Positions 35,801 through 48,555 of a stretch of DNA of 64,000 nt are shown here, piece after piece. Source of the stretch: Euglena gracilis (taxonomy: Eukaryota); contig CP154954.1 in assembly GCA_039621445.1 (NCBI GenBank), forward strand, positions 35,511,703 to 35,575,702. The letters run 5' to 3'. Each line of letters begins with the position of its first letter. Positions within the stretch are counted from its first letter, which is position 1. The notes beneath the pieces were generated by a model. The model had not been told where the DNA came from. It worked only from the letters and a program-made list of their open reading frames with translations, and did no database searches. The position numbers and the translations under genes are program-made.

Positions 35801-38800
35801 TGTTCCAGGAGGCCTCCAAAGTCAGGGGACCGGTTGGTTTCATGATTGTCGTGGTTAAATGTTAAGAAAAACCTGCAGCGGGAATGTTGGTTGCAAGAAA
35901 TGAGCACATTTAGATGGGTGCATTCGACCATTTCGGGGGACGTTTACCAGGTCAGCCCAGGTTACCATGTAAAAATGGACCAAATTGGGCCTTACTCCGA
36001 GTAACTGAATGGGTGTTCCAGGAGGCCTCCAAAGTCAGGGGACCCGTTGGTTTCATGATTGTCGTGGTTTAATGGTAAGAAAAACATGCAGCGGGAATGT
36101 TGGTTGCAAGAAATGAGCACATTTAGATGGGTGCATTCGACCATTTGTGGGACGTTTACCAGGTCAGCCCAGGTTACCGTGTAAAAATGGACCAAATTGG
36201 GCCTTACTCCGAGTAACTGAATGGGTGTTCCAGGAGGCCTCCAAAGTCAGGGGACCCGTTGGTTTCATGATTGTCGTGGTTTAATGGTAAGAAAAAACAT
36301 GCAGCGGGAATGTTGGTTGCAAGAAATGAGCACATTTAGATGGGTGCATTCGACCATTTCGGGGGACATTTACCAGGTCAGCCCAGGTTACCGTGTAAAA
36401 ATGGACCAAATTGGGCCTTACTCCGAGTAACTGAATGGGTGTTCCAGGAGGCCTCCAAAGTCAGGGGACCGGTTGGTTTCATGATTGTCGTGGTTAAATG
36501 TTAAGAGAAACATGCAGCGGGAATGTTGGTTGCAAGAAATGAGCACATTTAGATGGGTGCATTCGACCATTTCGGGGAACATTTACCAGGTCAGCCCAGG
36601 TTACCATGTAAAAATGGACCAAATTGGGCCTTACTCCGAGTAACTGAATGGGTGTTCCAGGAGGCCTCCAAAGTCAGGGGACCCGTTGGTTTCATGATTG
36701 TCGTGGTTTAATGTTAGAAAACACATGCAGCGGGAATGTTGGTTGCAAGAAATGAGCACATTTAGATGGGTGCATTCGACCATTTCGGGGGACATTTACC
36801 AGGTCAGCCCAGGTTACCGTGTAAAAATGGACCAAATTGGGCCTTACTCCGAGTAACTGAATGGGTGTTCCAGGAGGCCTCCAAAGTCAGGGGACCCGTT
36901 GGTTTCATGATTGTCGTGGTTTAATGGTAAGAAAAACATGCAGCGGGAATGTTGGTTGCAAGAAATGAGCACATTTAGATGGGTGCATTCGACCATTTCG
37001 GGGGACATTTACCAGGTCAGCCCAGGTTACCGTGTAAAAATGGACCAAATTGGGCCTTACTCCGAGTAACTGAATGGGTGTTCCAGGAGGCCTCCAAAGT
37101 CAGGGGACCCGTTGGTTTCATGATTGTCGTGGTTTAATGGTAAGAAAAACATGCAGCGGGAATGTTGGTTGCAAGAAATGAGCACATTTAGATGGGTGCA
37201 TTCGACCATTTCGGGGGACATTTACCAGGTCAGCCCAGGTTACCGTGTAAAAATGGACCAAATTGGGCCTTACTCCGAGTAACTGAATGGGTGTTCCAGG
37301 AGGCCTCCAAAGTCAGGGGACCCGTTGGTTTCATGATTGTCGTGGTTTAATGGTAAGAAAAACATGCAGCGGGAATGTTGGTTGCAAGAAATGAGCACAT
37401 TTAGATGGGTGCATTCGACCATTTCGGGGACATTTACCAGGTCAGCCCAGGTTACCATGTAAAAATGGACCAAATTGGGCCTTACTCCGAGTAACTGAAT
37501 GGGTGTTCCAGGAGGCCTCCAAAGTCAGGGGACCCGTTGGTTTCATGATTGTCGTGGTTTAATGTTAAGAAAAACATGCAGCGGGAATGCTGGTTGCAAG
37601 AAATGAGCACATTTAGATGGGTGCATTCGACCATTTCGGGGGACATTTACCAGGTCAGCCCAGGTTACCGTGTAAAAATGGACCAAATTGGGCCTTACTC
37701 CGAGTAACTGAATGGGTGTTCCAGGAGGCCTCCAAAGTCAGGGGACCCGTTGGTTTCATGATTGTCGTGGTTTAATGGTAAGAAAAACATGCAGCGGGAA
37801 TGTTGGTTGCAAGAAATGAGCACATTTAGATGGGTGCATTCGACCATTTCGGGGGACATTTACCAGGTCAGCCCAGGTTACCGTGTAAAAATGGACCAAA
37901 TTGGGCCTTACTCCGAGTAACTGAATGGGTGTTCCAGGAGGCCTCCAAAGTCAGGGGACCCGTTGGTTTCATGATTGTCGTGGTTAAATGTTAAGAAAAA
38001 CCTGCAGCGGGAATGTTGGTTGCAAGAAATGAGCACATTTAGATGGGTGCATTCGACCATTTCGGGGGACGTTTACCAGGTCAGCCCAGGTTACCGTGTA
38101 AAAATGGACCAAATTGGGCCTTACTCCGAGTAACTGAATGGGTGTTCCAGGAGGCCTCCAAAGTCAGGGGACCCGTTGGTTTCATGATTGTCGTGGTTTA
38201 ATGGTAAGAAAAACATGCAGCGGGAATGTTGGTTGCAAGAAATGAGCACATTTAGATGGGTGCATTCGACCATTTCGGGGGACATTTACCAGGTCAGCCC
38301 AGGTTACCGTGAAAAAATGGACCAAATTGGGCCTTACTCCGAGTAACTGAATGGGTGTTCCAGGAGGCCTCCAAAGTCAGGGGACCCGTTGGTTTCATGA
38401 TTGTCGTGGTTTAATGGTAAGAAAAACATGCAGCGGGAATGTTGGTTGCAAGAAATGAGCACATTTAGATGGGTGCATTCGACCATTCCGGGGGACGTTT
38501 ACCAGGTCAGCCCAGGTTACCATGTAAAAATGGACCAAATTGGGCCTTACTCCGAGTAACTGAATGGGTGTTCCAGGAGGCCTCCAAAGTCAGGGGACCC
38601 GTTGGTTTCATGATTGTCGTGGTTTAATGGTAAGAAAAACATGCAGCGGGAATGTTGGTTGCAAGAAATGAGCACATTTAGATGGGTGCATTCGACCATT
38701 TCGGGGGACGTTTACCAGGTCAGCCCAGGTTACCGTGAAAAAATGGACCAAATTGGGCCTTACTCCGAGTAACTGAATGGGTGTTCCAGGAGGCCTCCAA

Positions 38801-41800
38801 AGTCAGGGGACCCGTTGGTTTCATGATTGTCGTGGTTTAATGGTAAGAAAAACATGCAGCGGGAATTTGGTTGCAAGAAATGAGCACATTTAGATGGGTG
38901 CATTCGACCATTTCGGGGGACATTTACCAGGTCAGCCCAGGTTACCGTGTAAAAATGGACCAAATTGGGCCTTACTCCGAGTAACTGAATGGGTGTTCCA
39001 GGGGGCCTCCAAAGTCAGGGGACCCGTTGGTTTCAATGTTGTCGTGGTATAATGTTAAGAAAAACATGCAGCGGGAATGTTGGTTGCAAGAAATGAGCAC
39101 ATTTAGATGGGTGCATTCGACCATTTCGGGGGACATTTACCAGGTCAGCCCAGGTTACCGTGTAAAAATGGACCAAATTGGGCCTTACTCCGAGTAACTG
39201 AATGGGTGTTCCAGGAGGCCTCCAAAGTCAGGGGACCCGTTGGTTTCATGATTGTCGTGGTTTAATGGTAAGAAAAACATGCAGCGGGAATGTTGGTTGC
39301 AAGAAATGAGCACATTTAGATGGGTGCATTCGACCATTCCGGGGGACGTTTACCAGGTCAGCCCAGGTTACCATGTAAAAATGGACCAAATTGGGACTTA
39401 CTCCGAGTAACTGAATGGGTGTTCCAGGAGGCCTCCAAAGTCAGGGGACCCGTTGGTTTCATGATTGTCGTGGTTTAATGGTAAGAAAAACATGCAGCAG
39501 AAATGTTGGTTGCAAGAAATGAGCACATTTAGATGGGTGCATTCGACCATTTCGGGGGACACTTACCAAGTCAGCCCAGGTTACCATGTAAAAATGGACC
39601 AAATTGGGCCTTACTCCGAGTAACTGAATGGGTGTTCCAGGAGGCCTCCAAAGTCAGGGGACCCGTTGGTTTCATGATTGTCGTGGTTTAATGGTAAGAA
39701 AAACATGCAGCGGAATGTTGGTTGCAAGAAATGAGCACATTTAGATGGGTGCATTCGACCATTCCGGGGGACATTTACCAGGTCAGCCCAGGTTACCGTG
39801 TAAAAATGGACCAAATTGGGCCTTACTCCGAGTAACTGAATGGGTGTTCCAGGAGGCCTCCAAAGTCAGGGGACCCGTTGGTTTCATGATTGTCGTGGTT
39901 TAATGGTAAGAAAAACATGCAGCGGGAATGTTGGTTGCAAGAAATGAGCACATTTAGATGGGTGCATTCGACCATTCCGGGGGACGTTTACTAGGTCAGC
40001 CCAGGTTACCGTGTAAAAATGGACCAAATTGGGCCTTACTCCGAGTAACTGAATGGGTGTTCCAGGAGGCCTCCAAAGTCAGGGGACCCGTTGGTTTCAT
40101 GATTGTCGTGGTTTAATGGTAAGAAAAACATGCAGCGGGAATGTTGGTTGCAAGAAATGAGCACATTTAGATGGGTGCATTCGACCATTCCGGGGGACGT
40201 TTACCAGGTCAGCCCAGGTTACCGTGTAAAAATGGACCAAATTGGGCCTTACTCCGAGTAACTGAATGGGTGTTCCAGGAGGCCTCCAAAGTCAGGGGAC
40301 CCGTTGGTTTCATGATTGTCGTGGTTTAATGGTAAGAAAAACATGCAGCGGGAATGTTGGTTGCAAGAAATGAGCACATTTAGATGGGTGCATTCGACCA
40401 TTCCGGGGGACGTTTACCAGGTCAGCCCAGGTTACCATGTAAAAATGGACCAAATTGGGCCTTACTCCGAGTAACTGAATGGGTGTTCCAGGAGGCCTCC
40501 AAAGTCAGGGGACCCGTTGGTTTCATGATTGTCGTGGTTAAATGGTAAGAAAAACATGCAGCGGGAATGTTGGTTGCAAGAAATGAGCACATTTCGATGG
40601 GTGCATTCGACCATTTCGGGGGACATTTACCAGGTCAGCCCAGGTTACCGTGAAAAAATGGACCAAATTGGGCCTTACTCCGAGTAACTGAATGGGTGTT
40701 CCAGGAGGCCTCCAAAGTCAGGGGACCCGTTGGTTTCATGATTGTCGTGGTTTAATGGTAAGAAAAACATGCAGCGGGAATGTTGGTTGCAAGAAATGAG
40801 CACATTTAGATGGGTGCATTCGACCATTCCGGGGGACGTTTACCAGGTCAGCCCAGGTTACCGTGTAAAAATGGACCAAATTGGGCCTTACTCCGAGTAA
40901 CTGAATGGGTGTTCCAGGAGGCCTCCAAAGTCAGGGGACCCGTTGGTTTCATGATTGTCGTGGTTTAATGGTAAGAAAAACATGCAGCGGGAATGTTGGT
41001 TGCAAGAAATGAGCACATTTAGATGGGTGCATTCGACCATTTCGGGGGACATTTACCAGGTCAGCCCAGGTTACCGTGTAAAAAATGGACCAAATTGGGC
41101 CTTACTCCGAGTAACTGAATGGGTGTTCCAGGAGGCCTCCAAAGTCAGGGGACCCGTTGGTTTCATGATTGTCGTGGTTTAATGGTAAGAAAAACATGCA
41201 GCGGGAATGTTGGTTGCAAGAAATGAGCACATTTAGATGGGTGCATTCGACCATTTCGGGGGACATTTACCAGGTCAGCCCAGGTTACTGTGTAAAAATG
41301 GACCAAATTGGGCCTTACTCCGAGTAACTGAATGGGTGTTCCAGGAGGCCTCCAAAGTCAGGGGACCCGTTGGTTTCATGATTGTCGTGGTTTAATGTTA
41401 AGAAAAACATGCAGCGGGAATGTTGGTTGCAAGAAATGAGCACATTTAGATGGGTGCATTCGACCATTATGGGGGACGTTTACCAGGTCAGCCCAGGTTA
41501 CCGTGTAAAAATGGACCAAATTGGGCCTTACTCCGAGTAACTGAATGGGTGTTCCAGGAGGCCTCCAAAGTCAGGGGACCCGTTGGTTTCATGATTGTCG
41601 TGGTTTAATGGTAAGAAAAACATGCAGCGGGAATGTTGGTTGCAAGAAATGAGCACATTTAGATGGGTGCATTCGACCATTTCGGGGGACATTTACCAGG
41701 TCAGCCCAGGTTACCGTTAAAAAAAATGGACCAAATTGGCCTTACTCCGAGTAACTGAATGGGTGTTCCAGGAGGCCTCCAAAGTCAGGGGACCCGTTGG

Positions 41801-44800
41801 TTTCATGATTGTCGTGGTTTAATGGTAAGAAAAACATGCAGCGGGAATGTTGGTTGCAAGAAATGAGCACATTTAGATGGGTGCATTCGACCATTCCGGG
41901 GGACGTTTACCAGGTCAGCCCAGGTTACCATGTAAAAAATGGACCAAATTGGGCCTTACTCCGAGTAACTGAATGGGTGTTCCAGGAGGCCTCCAAAGTC
42001 AGGGGACCCGTTGGTTTCATGATTGTCGTGGTTTAATGGTAAGAAAAACATGCAGCGGGAATGTTGGTTGCAAGAAATGAGCACATTTAGATGGGTGCAT
42101 TCGACCATTTGTGGGACGTTTACCAGGTCAGCCCAGGTTACCGTGTAAAAATGGACCAAATTGGGCCTTACTCCGAGTAACTGAATGGGTGTTCCAGGAG
42201 GCCTCCAAAGTCAGGGGACCCGTTGGTTTCATGATTGTCGTGGTTTAATGGTAAGAAAAACATGCAGCGGGAATGTTGGTTGCAAGAAATGAGCACATTT
42301 AGATGGGTGCATTCGACCATTTCGGGGGACATTTACCAGGTCAGCCCAGGTTACCGTGAAAAAATGGACCAAATTGGGCCTTACTCCGAGTAACTGAATG
42401 GGTGTTCCAGGAGGCCTCCAAAGTCAGGGGACCCGTTGGTTTCATGATTGTCGTGGTTTAATGGTAAGAAAAACATGCAGCGGGAATGTTGGTTGCAAGA
42501 AATGAGCACATTTAGATGGGTGCATTCGACCATTTCGGGGGACATTTACCAGGTCAGCCCATGTTACCGTGTAAAAATGGACCAAATTGGGCCTTACTCC
42601 GAGTAACTGAATGGGTGTTCCAGGAGGCCTCCAAAGTCAGGGGACCCGTTGGTTTCATGATTGGCGTGGTTTAATGGTAAGAAAAACATGCAGCGGGAAT
42701 GTTGGTTGCAAGAAATGAGCACATTTAGATGGGTGCATTCGACCATTCCGGGGGACGTTTACCAGGTCAGCCCAGGTTACCATGTAAAAATGGACCAAAT
42801 TGGGCCTTACTCCGAGTAACTGAATGGGTGTTCCAGGAGGCCTCCAAAGTCAGGGGACCCGTTGGTTTCATGATTGTCGTGGTTTAATGGTAAGAGAAAC
42901 ATGCAGCAGAAATGTTGGTTGCAAGAAATGAGCACATTTAGATGGGTGCATTCGACCATTTCGGGGGACATTACCAGGTCAGCCCAGGTTACCATGTAAA
43001 AATGGACCAAATTGGGCCTTACTCCGAGTAACTGAATGGGTGTTCCAGGAGGCCTCCAAAGTCAGGGGACCCGTTGGTTTCATGATTGTCGTGGTTTAAT
43101 GTTAAGAAAAACATGCAGCGGAAATGTTGGTTGCAAGAAATGAGCACATTTAGATGGGTGCATTCGACCATTCCGGGGGACATTTACCAGGTCAGCCCAG
43201 GTTACCGTGTAAAAATGGACCAAATTGGGCCTTACTCCGAGTAACTGAATGGGTGTTCCAGGAGGCCTCCAAAGTCAGGGGACCCGTTGGTTTCATGATT
43301 GTCGTGGTTTAATGGTAAGAAAAACATGCAGCGGGAATGTTGGTTGCAAGAAATGAGCACATTTAGATGGGTGCATTCGACCATTCGGGGGACGTTTACC
43401 AGGTCAGCCCAGGTTACCGTGTAAAAATGGACCAAATTGGGCCTTACTCCGAGTAACTGAATGGGTGTTCCAGGAGGCCTCCAAAGTCAGGGGACCCGTT
43501 GGTTTCATGATTGTCGTGGTTTAATGGTAAGAAAAACATGCAGCGGGAATGTTGGTTGCAAGAAATCAGCACATTTAAATGGGTGCGTTCGACCATTCCG
43601 GGGGACGTTTACCAGGTCAGCCCAGGTAACCTTGTAAAAATGGACCAAATTGGGCCTTACTCCGAGTAACTGAATGGGTGTTCCAGGAGGCCTCCAAAGT
43701 CAGGGGACCCGTTGGTTTCATGATTGTCGTGGTTTAATGGTAAGAAAAACATGCAGCGGGAATGTTGGTTGCAAGAAATGAGCACATTTAGATGGGTGCA
43801 TTCGACCATTCCGGGGGACGTTTACCAGGTCAGCCCAGGTTACCATGTAAAAATGGACCAAATTGGGCCTTACTCCGAGTAACCGAATGGGTGTTCCAGG
43901 AGGCCTCCAAAGTCAGGGGACCCGTTGGTTTCATGATTGTCGTGGTTAAATGTTAAGAAAATCCTGCAGCGGGAATGTTGGTTGCAAGAAATGAGCACAT
44001 TTAGATGGGTGCATTCGACCATTTCGGGGGACATTTACCAGGTCAGCCCAGGTTACCGTGTAAAAATGGACCAAATTGGGCCTTACTCCGAGTAACTGAA
44101 TGGGTGTTCCAGGAGGCCTCCAAAGTCAGGGGACCCGTTGGTTTCATGATTGTCGTGGTTTAATGGTAAGAAAAACATGCAGCGGGAATGTTGGTTGCAA
44201 GAAATGAGCACATTTAGATGGGTGCATTCGACCATTCCGGGGGACGTTTACCAGGTCAGCCCAGGTTACCATGTAAAAATGGACCAAATTGGGCCTTACT
44301 CCGAGTAACCGAATGGGTGTTCCAGGAGGCCTCCAAAGTCAGGGGACCCGTTGGTTTCATGATTGTCGTGGTTTAATGTTAAGAAAAACATGCAGCGGGA
44401 ATGTTGGTTGCAAGAAATGAGCACATTTAGATGGGTGCATTCGACCATTTCGGGGGACATTTACCAGGTCAGCCCAGGTTACCGTGTAAAAATGGACCAA
44501 ATTGGGCCTTACTCCGAGTAACCGAATGGGTGTTCCAGGAGGCCTCCAAAGTCAGGGGACCCGTTGGTTTCATGATTGTCGTGGTTTAATGGTAAGAAAA
44601 ACATGCAGCGGGAATGTTGGTTGCAAGAAATGAGCACATTTAGATGGGTGCATTCGACCATTTCGGGGGACATTTACCAGGTCAGCCCAGGTTACCGTGT
44701 AAAAATGGACCAAATTGGGCCTTACTCCGAGTAACTGAATGGGTGTTCCAGGAGGCCTCCAAAGTCAGGGGACCCGTTGGTTTCATGATTGTCGTGGTTT

Positions 44801-46134
44801 AATGGTAAGAAAACATGCAGCGGGAATGTTGGTTGCAAGAAATGAGCACATTTAGATGGGTGCATTCGACCATTCTGGGGACGTTTACCAGGTCAGCCCA
44901 GGTTACCATGTAAAAATGGACCAAATTGGGCCTTACTCCGAGTAACTGAATGGGTGTTCCAGGAGGCCTCCAAAGTCAGGGGACCCGTTGGTTTCGTGAT
45001 TGTCGTGGTTTAATGGTAAGAAAAACATGCAGCGGGAATGTTGGTTGCAAGAAATGAGCACATTTAGATGGGTGCATTCGACCATTTCGGGGGACATTTA
45101 CCAGGTCAGCCCAGGTTACCGTGAAAAAAATGGACCAAATTGGGCCTTACTCCGAGTAACCGAATGGGTGTTCCAGGAGGCCTCCAAAGTCAGGGGACCC
45201 GTTGGTTTCATGATTGTCGTGGTTTAATGGTAAGAAAAACATGCAGCGGGAATGTTGGTTGCAAGAAATGAGCACATTTAGATGGGTGCATTCGACCATT
45301 CCGGGGGACGTTTACCAGGTCAGCCCAGGTTACCATGTAAAAATGGACCAAATTGGGCCTTACTCCGAGTAACTGAATGGGTGTTCCAGGAGGCCTCCAA
45401 AGTCAGGGGACCCGTTGGTTTCATGATTGTCGTGGTTTAATGGTAAGAAAAACATGCAGCGGGAATGTTGGTTGCAAGAAATGAGCACATTTAGATGGGT
45501 GCATTCGACCATTCGGGGGACATTTACCAGGTCAGCCCAGGTTACCGTGTAAAAATGGACCAAATTGGGCCTTACTCCGAGTAACCGAATGGGTGTTCCA
45601 GGAGGCCTCCAAAGTCAGGGGACCCGTTGGTTTCATGATTGTCGTGGTTTAATGGTAAGAAAAACATGCAGCGGGAATGTTGGTTGCAAGAAATGAGCAC
45701 ATTTAGATGGGTGCATTCGACCATTTCGGGGGACATTTACCAGGTCAGCCCAGGTTACCGTGAAAAAATGGACCAAATTGGGCCTTACTCCGAGTAACTG
45801 AATGGGTGTTCCAGGAGGCCTCCAAAGTCAGGGGACCCGTTGGTTTCATGATTGTCGTGGTTTAATGGTAAGAAAAACATGCAGCGGGAATGTTGGTTGC
45901 AAGAAATGAGCACATTTAGATGGGTGCATTCGACCATTTCGGGGGACATTTACCAGGTCAGCCCAGGTTACCGTGTAAAAATGGACCAAATTGGGCCTTA
46001 CTCCGAGTAACTGAATGGGTGTTCCAGGAGGCCTCCAAAGTCAGCGGACCCGTTGGTTTCATGATTGTCGTGGTTTAATGGTAAGAAAAACATGCAGCGG
46101 GAATGTTGGTTGCAAGAAATGAGCACATTTAGAT
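20830..46134 (+). repeat. 213-bp tandem satellite, block 2 (~119 monomers)
   Basis: Same monomer as block 1; more diverged over about 20.8-27.6 kb, more homogeneous afterwards; ends at ...cacatttagat (46134). Confidence 0.98.
21660..25835 (+). repeat. Higher-order repeat: two copies of a 2088-bp (10-monomer) unit
   Basis: Private variants recur at an exact 2088-bp offset (gccgtgtaac at 21671 and 23759; ORF-track pairs 21886/23974, 22834/24922, 23543/25631). Confidence 0.9.
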
Positions 46135-47081
46135 AACCCCAAAAGCTGCCTTTTCTTGTGATTAGGAGAAATCATACCTCAAACCCCCCATTTTTTATGA
46201 ATATTTCGGAACGGGGGAGGATCTAGGACCCCGGGAGGACCCAAACAAGCCCTGAAGTGCTCCATGATCATGATATGGGTACCCTAAAGCTCAAAATTTG
46301 ACTCCTAGCAGGCGGGGCCCGGGGGACAAACGGGCCGCTTCGGGCCCCGTTCCGAAATATTCATCAAAAAAATAGGGGGGCGGCTGCAATACAACCACAC
46401 CTAACAAACAAGCCATGAGGGGCTCAAGGTTCATTTTCTCCAACTCATAAGCCCAAAAGGGGCATCCACAGGTAAGGACCCGGGGGATAAAAGGGCAGCA
46501 AGGCGCCCCAAAGTTGCCTTTTCTTGTGATTGGGTGAAATCACACCTCAAACCCCCCAATTTATATAAATATTTCGGAACGGGGGGAGAATATAGGACCC
46601 CTGGAGGACCCAAACAAGCCCTGAAGGGCTCAATGATCATTTTTTATTGTACCCATAAGCGGCGCCCATTCCCCCCCCCAAAGTACACCCCAATAACTTG
46701 GCCTTACACTCATACCTCGTTTTCCAGGACCAGGAATTGGTTATCAACGTGTTCCAGGTCATCTCGACGATGTTTTCACATTTTGGTTTCTATTCACGGA
46801 ATACAGGGCGTTATTTTCATTTCACGATACGGGCTGTATTCGTGAATAGGGTATTCACGAAATACAGGCTAAAAACGTGCCTCCTAACAGGTGGGGACCT
46901 GGGGGATAAACGTGCCGCAAGGCGTTTCAAAAGCTGCCTTTCCTTGTGATTAGGTGCTGTCATACCGCAGCCGTCCCCCCCCTTATTGTCGGGCCTCCCG
47001 GAAGGCAGGTCAATGGGACAATAAGGGGGGGGTATTTGGGAAGGGGGCAGGATATAGGACCCCTTGGAGGAACGAAACAAG
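46135..47081 (+). repeat. Second repeat family (satellite B), degenerate copies with a short inverted fragment
   Basis: ccccaaaagctgccttttcttgtgattagg...gaatatttcggaacggggg...ggacccaaacaagccctga units; 46345-46404 is a reverse-complement piece of the same unit. Confidence 0.85.
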
Positions 47082-48555
47082 AGGTAAAAACTCCGTCATT
47101 TCCATCCGCTTTCTTTCTGCGCACCTCTTTTTCTGTTGCTTGTTGACCGGTACTTTATTGGGTGTGCATTTCTAGTTACATTTCCCACAGTACACAGAAG
47201 TTTGATAGCTTGCTTGGGCTCGTTGCTTCGATGTTGTTTAGCAAAAGGCAACCAAAGCGGGTGCATTTTAGCCTTTGAAAAACAGAACCTTTAATGCATT
47301 TCGCCATCTGCTAAAAACGTTATGGAAGAGAATGGCTGGCTTTTTTGACGAACAAGATTTTTTAGATTTAAACAACCGCTTTCTCAGCATGTGCAAATTG
47401 AAAATTTTCGGAGCACATTCCTTGGGCACCCTTAGCACACATTGCGGAAAGCGTGGGTAGGTCTGGTCATCGGCAGCCGGCTAGGCCACCTAAGAGCTTG
47501 GTCACGATGGGCGAAGGGGTTCAAAAATTTGACTTTTTACTTGGGGCATGCCCGTCCTCAATACTTGGGATAAGTCGATGGCGCCTTTTCTTGCATGGCC
47601 GATTTTGTTGCCTTCTCTTTTTTGCTTTAATGAACTCTCATTCCTCTTTGCCCATCCTGTCAAAAAAAAACACACTGCAAGGAAGCAGGGTGTTTCCACC
47701 GCGAAACCACTTCACATAAACTGAAGGCTTGCCTAAACTTTCCTTAAAAAAGACGGCAAGTTCCGGAGCTTGAGCAGTCAGCACCCTTCAATAAGTGGCC
47801 ATTCAGCCGAGGTTTTTGGGGGGGAGCTGCATAAAATGCCCGTTCCTGCCGCCGAACTGTCCTCTTTCTCAAACATGTGATGAGCGGGAACATTTTTTCT
47901 TCCCCTTCAATGGATACCATCCCCCCCTCCTTTAAGTACCCCCCATTATGTACCCCCTGGGTGGGAGGTACATAATAGGGGGGGATGGTAGCTCACTGTC
48001 ATAACACTTTTTCGAAAGCATTTCCGAAAAAATGCTCAAAAAAACGACGTTTTTGGGGACGTTTTCAAAAAGTGATGTTTGGCAAATGTGCTGAAAATTG
48101 ACCACTTATTGCAAACATCCAAAAAGTTGCCAGAAATTATCCCTTTTGGGCTGTTCGGTCGGGTCTGGGAATGTGACCTGGGTACCCCCCCGTTGTGTAC
48201 CTCCCCCCCATTATGTACCTCCCCCCCAATTTCGGCCTCACGGGGGGAGGTACATAATGAGGGGGGGGATGGTAATTCATGCCGTAATTCCCCCTGGAAA
48301 TGCCTTTGAATGGAGTCCAAGGACAACACTAAAATGCCAAAAATGCCTCTTTTTGATCGCCACATTTTTGGCTTGTTGAATTTCCGGCTTTCTGTCTCCC
48401 TTCTCTCTTGCGTGCTTTGGCATTGAAATTGAAATTTTCGTTGAAGTCAGGGAACCCCGCGGCGTGTGTTATCGCGGAGACATACTAGTGCCCTGCCACG
48501 GAATGATACCAAGCTACCACCTGGCTCATGCTCCTAATCACAGTTCTTGACACAA

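Noticed and set aside
1-46134. CRISPR array or tandem RNA-gene (5S, tRNA, spliced-leader) interpretation of the 213-bp repeat
   Set aside because: No unique spacers and no cas genes; I recognise no 5S, tRNA or SL-RNA sequence in the monomer. An Rfam search would settle the RNA-gene option.
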